Source: a virus. From it: a stretch of DNA of 64,000 bases. The notes below the pieces were generated by a model, which was not told where the DNA came from, did not search any database, and saw only the letters and a program-made list of their open reading frames with translations. The translations under genes and the position numbers were made by a program. The stretch's first letter is position 1. Every line of letters begins with the position of its first letter. Shown here piece by piece: positions 63,640 through 64,000 of the stretch. The DNA lies in IMG/VR virus record IMGVR_UViG_3300021962_008382, positions 1 to 64,000 of that record. One strand, given 5' to 3'.

Positions 63640-64000
63640 TTATAATGTTTCAATTGTTAACGTTCTGAACTTAAAAGTTGCTCTTGAGGTTAGATACTCT
63701 AAAGAACCACCCGCAGTAGTAGTATCGAAATCCAAAGGCTCTACTGATATAGGGAATAAGTCTTTGAGTATTATATTAGTTTTAGCATTATTATTGCTAT
63801 CTAAAATGGTCAAAGTTCCGTCTGAATATCCCAAAACTTCATTATTAGATGAACCAGCTTTAAAGGGAAATCTATTAAGTCTTTCATTTGCAAAGTTTTT
63901 AAATTCAGCATAATTGTTAGGAAACCCTAATGCTGTAACCCATTCATATAGCTCAACGTAATTGCTTAGATCTTCTGCAATAATAAATTTAATAGTTAAA
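63640..64000 (-). CDS. gp3-like tail tube terminator, 5' end outside window
   Basis: Frame open to the edge: LTIKFIIAEDLSNYVELYEW...SDGTLTILDSNNN...LFP; synteny with uvsY. Confidence 0.8.
   Translation of the reverse strand, partial: LTIKFIIAEDLSNYVELYEWVTALGFPNNYAEFKNFANERLNRFPFKAGSSNNEVLGYSDGTLTILDSNNNAKTNIILKDLFPISVEPLDFDTTTAGGSLEYLTSRATFKFRTLTIETL

Overview
This is a 64-kb segment of a large, AT-rich T4-like myovirus genome, almost entirely coded on the minus strand. Conserved T4-type core genes sit at both ends. Left: gp43 DNA polymerase (truncated by the window edge), Hsp20, RegA, gp62/44/45. Right: gp46/47, gp55, UvsW, UvsY, gp3-like (truncated). Between gp45 and gp46 lies a ~42-kb accessory tract. 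It contains a 10-gene sugar synthesis/glycosyltransferase cluster, a TonB-dependent receptor with two Tat-signal DUF1552 proteins, a block of predicted secreted/membrane proteins, a circularly permuted (two-piece) tmRNA gene, and a tRNA cluster (7 intact tRNAs including Ile-UAU) that contains a di-haem cytochrome c peroxidase. The tract also has a tRNA-Leu gene split by an HNH endonuclease plus a replacement tRNA-Leu, candidate structured ncRNAs, and a GC-richer early island of repeated sigma70 promoter cassettes with paired IHF-consensus dyads and duplicated small genes. Between gp47 and gp55 sits a 7-deazaguanine DNA-modification cluster: QueE, FolE, DpdA-like, PurN-like formyltransferase, kinase, QueF, QueC, GATase, QueD and NTP pyrophosphohydrolases. 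All calls come from motif recognition by eye; no database searches were run.
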